From an uncultured Chthonomonadaceae bacterium (GTDB taxonomy: Bacteria > Armatimonadota > Chthonomonadetes > Chthonomonadales > Chthonomonadaceae), in contig CAWFQB010000006.1 in assembly GCA_963817895.1 (NCBI GenBank), positions 370,511-434,510 on the forward strand: a DNA stretch of 64,000 bases. The letters are read 5' to 3'. The notes under the pieces were generated by a model. The model ran no database searches and had not been told where the DNA came from. It worked only from the letters and a program-made list of their open reading frames with translations. Of the stretch, positions 62,681-64,000 are shown in pieces. Numbering within the stretch: the first letter of the stretch is position 1; each line of letters begins with the position of its first letter. Both the position numbers and the translations under genes were made by a program.

Positions 62681-62940
62681 TTATCCTCCCAACATTGAGG
62701 TCTGCTTCTCTTCATTCTCTTCATATCCGTTTGCTGTACCGTGTGCTGATTCTGTTCTTCCAACAGGAATAGGATACGCAACTTCTCGTGTTGGTTCCGC
62801 CGTTCGTTGCTGTTCGCGCATAGAATGCGCCCGATTAATAGCGTCTGGCATCATGGCCGCTAATTCGGGAGATTGTGTAAACGTATTTAGCTCATTCCAA
62901 ATTTCAAAGTTTTCTATCTGCTCATCGAGCATACCATTAG
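62681..62940 (-). pseudogene. C-terminal fragment of a low-GC gene cut by the IS5 insertion
   Basis: The ORF runs up to the IS left end. The 5' part would lie beyond the window. Confidence 0.45.
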
Positions 62941-64000
62941 ATACTCCGACAAATAGTATATAGGCTGTTTTGAGGCAGGCTAGCGCTCAGGTGGAGCAGA
63001 CACACTCCACCCGTCGAAAACCCTTTTTCCGCGTTTACTTTTCCCGGCTTACGCGCCTTGCGGCTCGCGTGTCAGCGCGATCAATTGCACCAGACCCACC
63101 ACACAGAAGCAAGTGCGACGGAACAATCCCGTCGCCAGACGATATTCATCACGCACCATCCGAAACGCTTTGACGCGCCGGATACTATGTTCGACACGCA
63201 CACGCCCTGAGGAAAAGGCGCGGTTCTCTTCTTTCTGCACAGCGCTCAACGCGCCTCCGCGTGGCTTCTTGTGCGGCACTTCGCTGTGGGGTAAGCCTTG
63301 ATAGGCCAGATCGCCTTTGACCGTCGCATGGGGAAACTGCTTGGCAACCGTACTCTGCTCATGCACTTTCTTGTCCGACTTCGGGCCGCGATAGCCCGCA
63401 TCCACATCAAGAATGTCGCCATTGCGGTTGGTGATGACCTCGGTCTTGAGCGTGTGGTCTTTCTTCTTGCCCGAGTAGAAGGCGCGTTGCTTGGGTTCAA
63501 TCGAGGGACGCGGAACCGGCGTCTCAAAACTATCCACAATCACCTGATCCACCTCCTCGGGCTTCCAGGAGGGTTCTTTCTTGGTCCAGCGTTTCTCCGC
63601 TTCCCAGCGGTTGGCCGGACACACGTCTTTGAGGACGCCGACAATCTCATGGAAGGTGTTCTCCGCCACATCGGCGCTGACGCCAAACAGCATGCCCACC
63701 ACAGAGAAGGCGACGTTGTGGCGCAGGTACAGCAGCGTCAGCAACACTTCCTGGTAGGGCTTGAGCAGGCGTTTCCGGCCACCTCCCACCTTGCGGCGGC
63801 GCGTGGGCTTGTTGGCCTGTTCTTGTTGGCGACGGCGCTCGATTTCGGGAAGCGCTGCCAGGAAGAGTTCAGCTAAGGCGGCGTGGGGTAGTCCGAAGAG
63901 CGAACGGACTTTGTTTTCGGGATAGCGGCCAAGTTCGTGAAGGTTCATACGTCTATTCTACCCGCGCCAAGAATAAATCCAAACTTATTTGTCGGAGTAT
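62941..64000 (-). mobile_element. IS5-family (ISL2-like) insertion sequence
   Basis: 15-bp terminal inverted repeats ATACTCCGACAAATA at 62941-62955 and 63986-64000. Confidence 0.9.
63049..63948 (-). CDS. IS5-family transposase (HTH_Tnp_4 + DDE_Tnp_4)
   Basis: LLYLRHN..LFGVS, IVDSFE, YSGKKK.HTLK, GDLAYQG and RVRVEH motifs. Confidence 0.93.
   Translation of the reverse strand: MNLHELGRYPENKVRSLFGLPHAALAELFLAALPEIERRRQQEQANKPTRRRKVGGGRKRLLKPYQEVLLTLLYLRHNVAFSVVGMLFGVSADVAENTFHEIVGVLKDVCPANRWEAEKRWTKKEPSWKPEEVDQVIVDSFETPVPRPSIEPKQRAFYSGKKKDHTLKTEVITNRNGDILDVDAGYRGPKSDKKVHEQSTVAKQFPHATVKGDLAYQGLPHSEVPHKKPRGGALSAVQKEENRAFSSGRVRVEHSIRRVKAFRMVRDEYRLATGLFRRTCFCVVGLVQLIALTREPQGA

Overview
Bacterial chromosomal window with high-GC core genes. 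The PEP-CTERM protein and the style of the lipoprotein and ankyrin genes suggest Armatimonadota or a similar lineage (inference). Housekeeping and metabolic genes include atpD-atpC, five glycosyltransferases, poxB, a YgfZ-like protein, queG, a chlorite dismutase/ChdC-family protein, ssuE, GH78, an M13 peptidase, nudC and alpha-2-macroglobulin. Accessory and conflict loci are interspersed among them: (i) two colinear paralogues of an uncharacterised basic ~220-aa protein, one preceded by an 11-bp-periodic pseudo-palindromic DNA array; (ii) a P-loop ATPase paired with an inactive-NTPase/NACHT/HEAT protein whose 99-bp repeats are combinatorially shuffled; (iii) ankyrin gene units, two of them delimited by REP doublets; (iv) a PD-(D/E)XK-like + helical protein pair; (v) a low-GC OLD-like ATPase-TOPRIM gene disrupted by IS630; (vi) a WGR-DNA ligase next to YhcG; (vii) a class III cyclase-STAND-TPR protein with non-canonical cyclase motifs. 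The window also holds an IS5-family element ending at base 64000, MITEs, and at least five families of REP-like or short tandem palindromic repeats. Several otherwise intact genes carry single-base frameshifts, probably sequencing indels. No rRNA, tRNA or CRISPR array was recognised.
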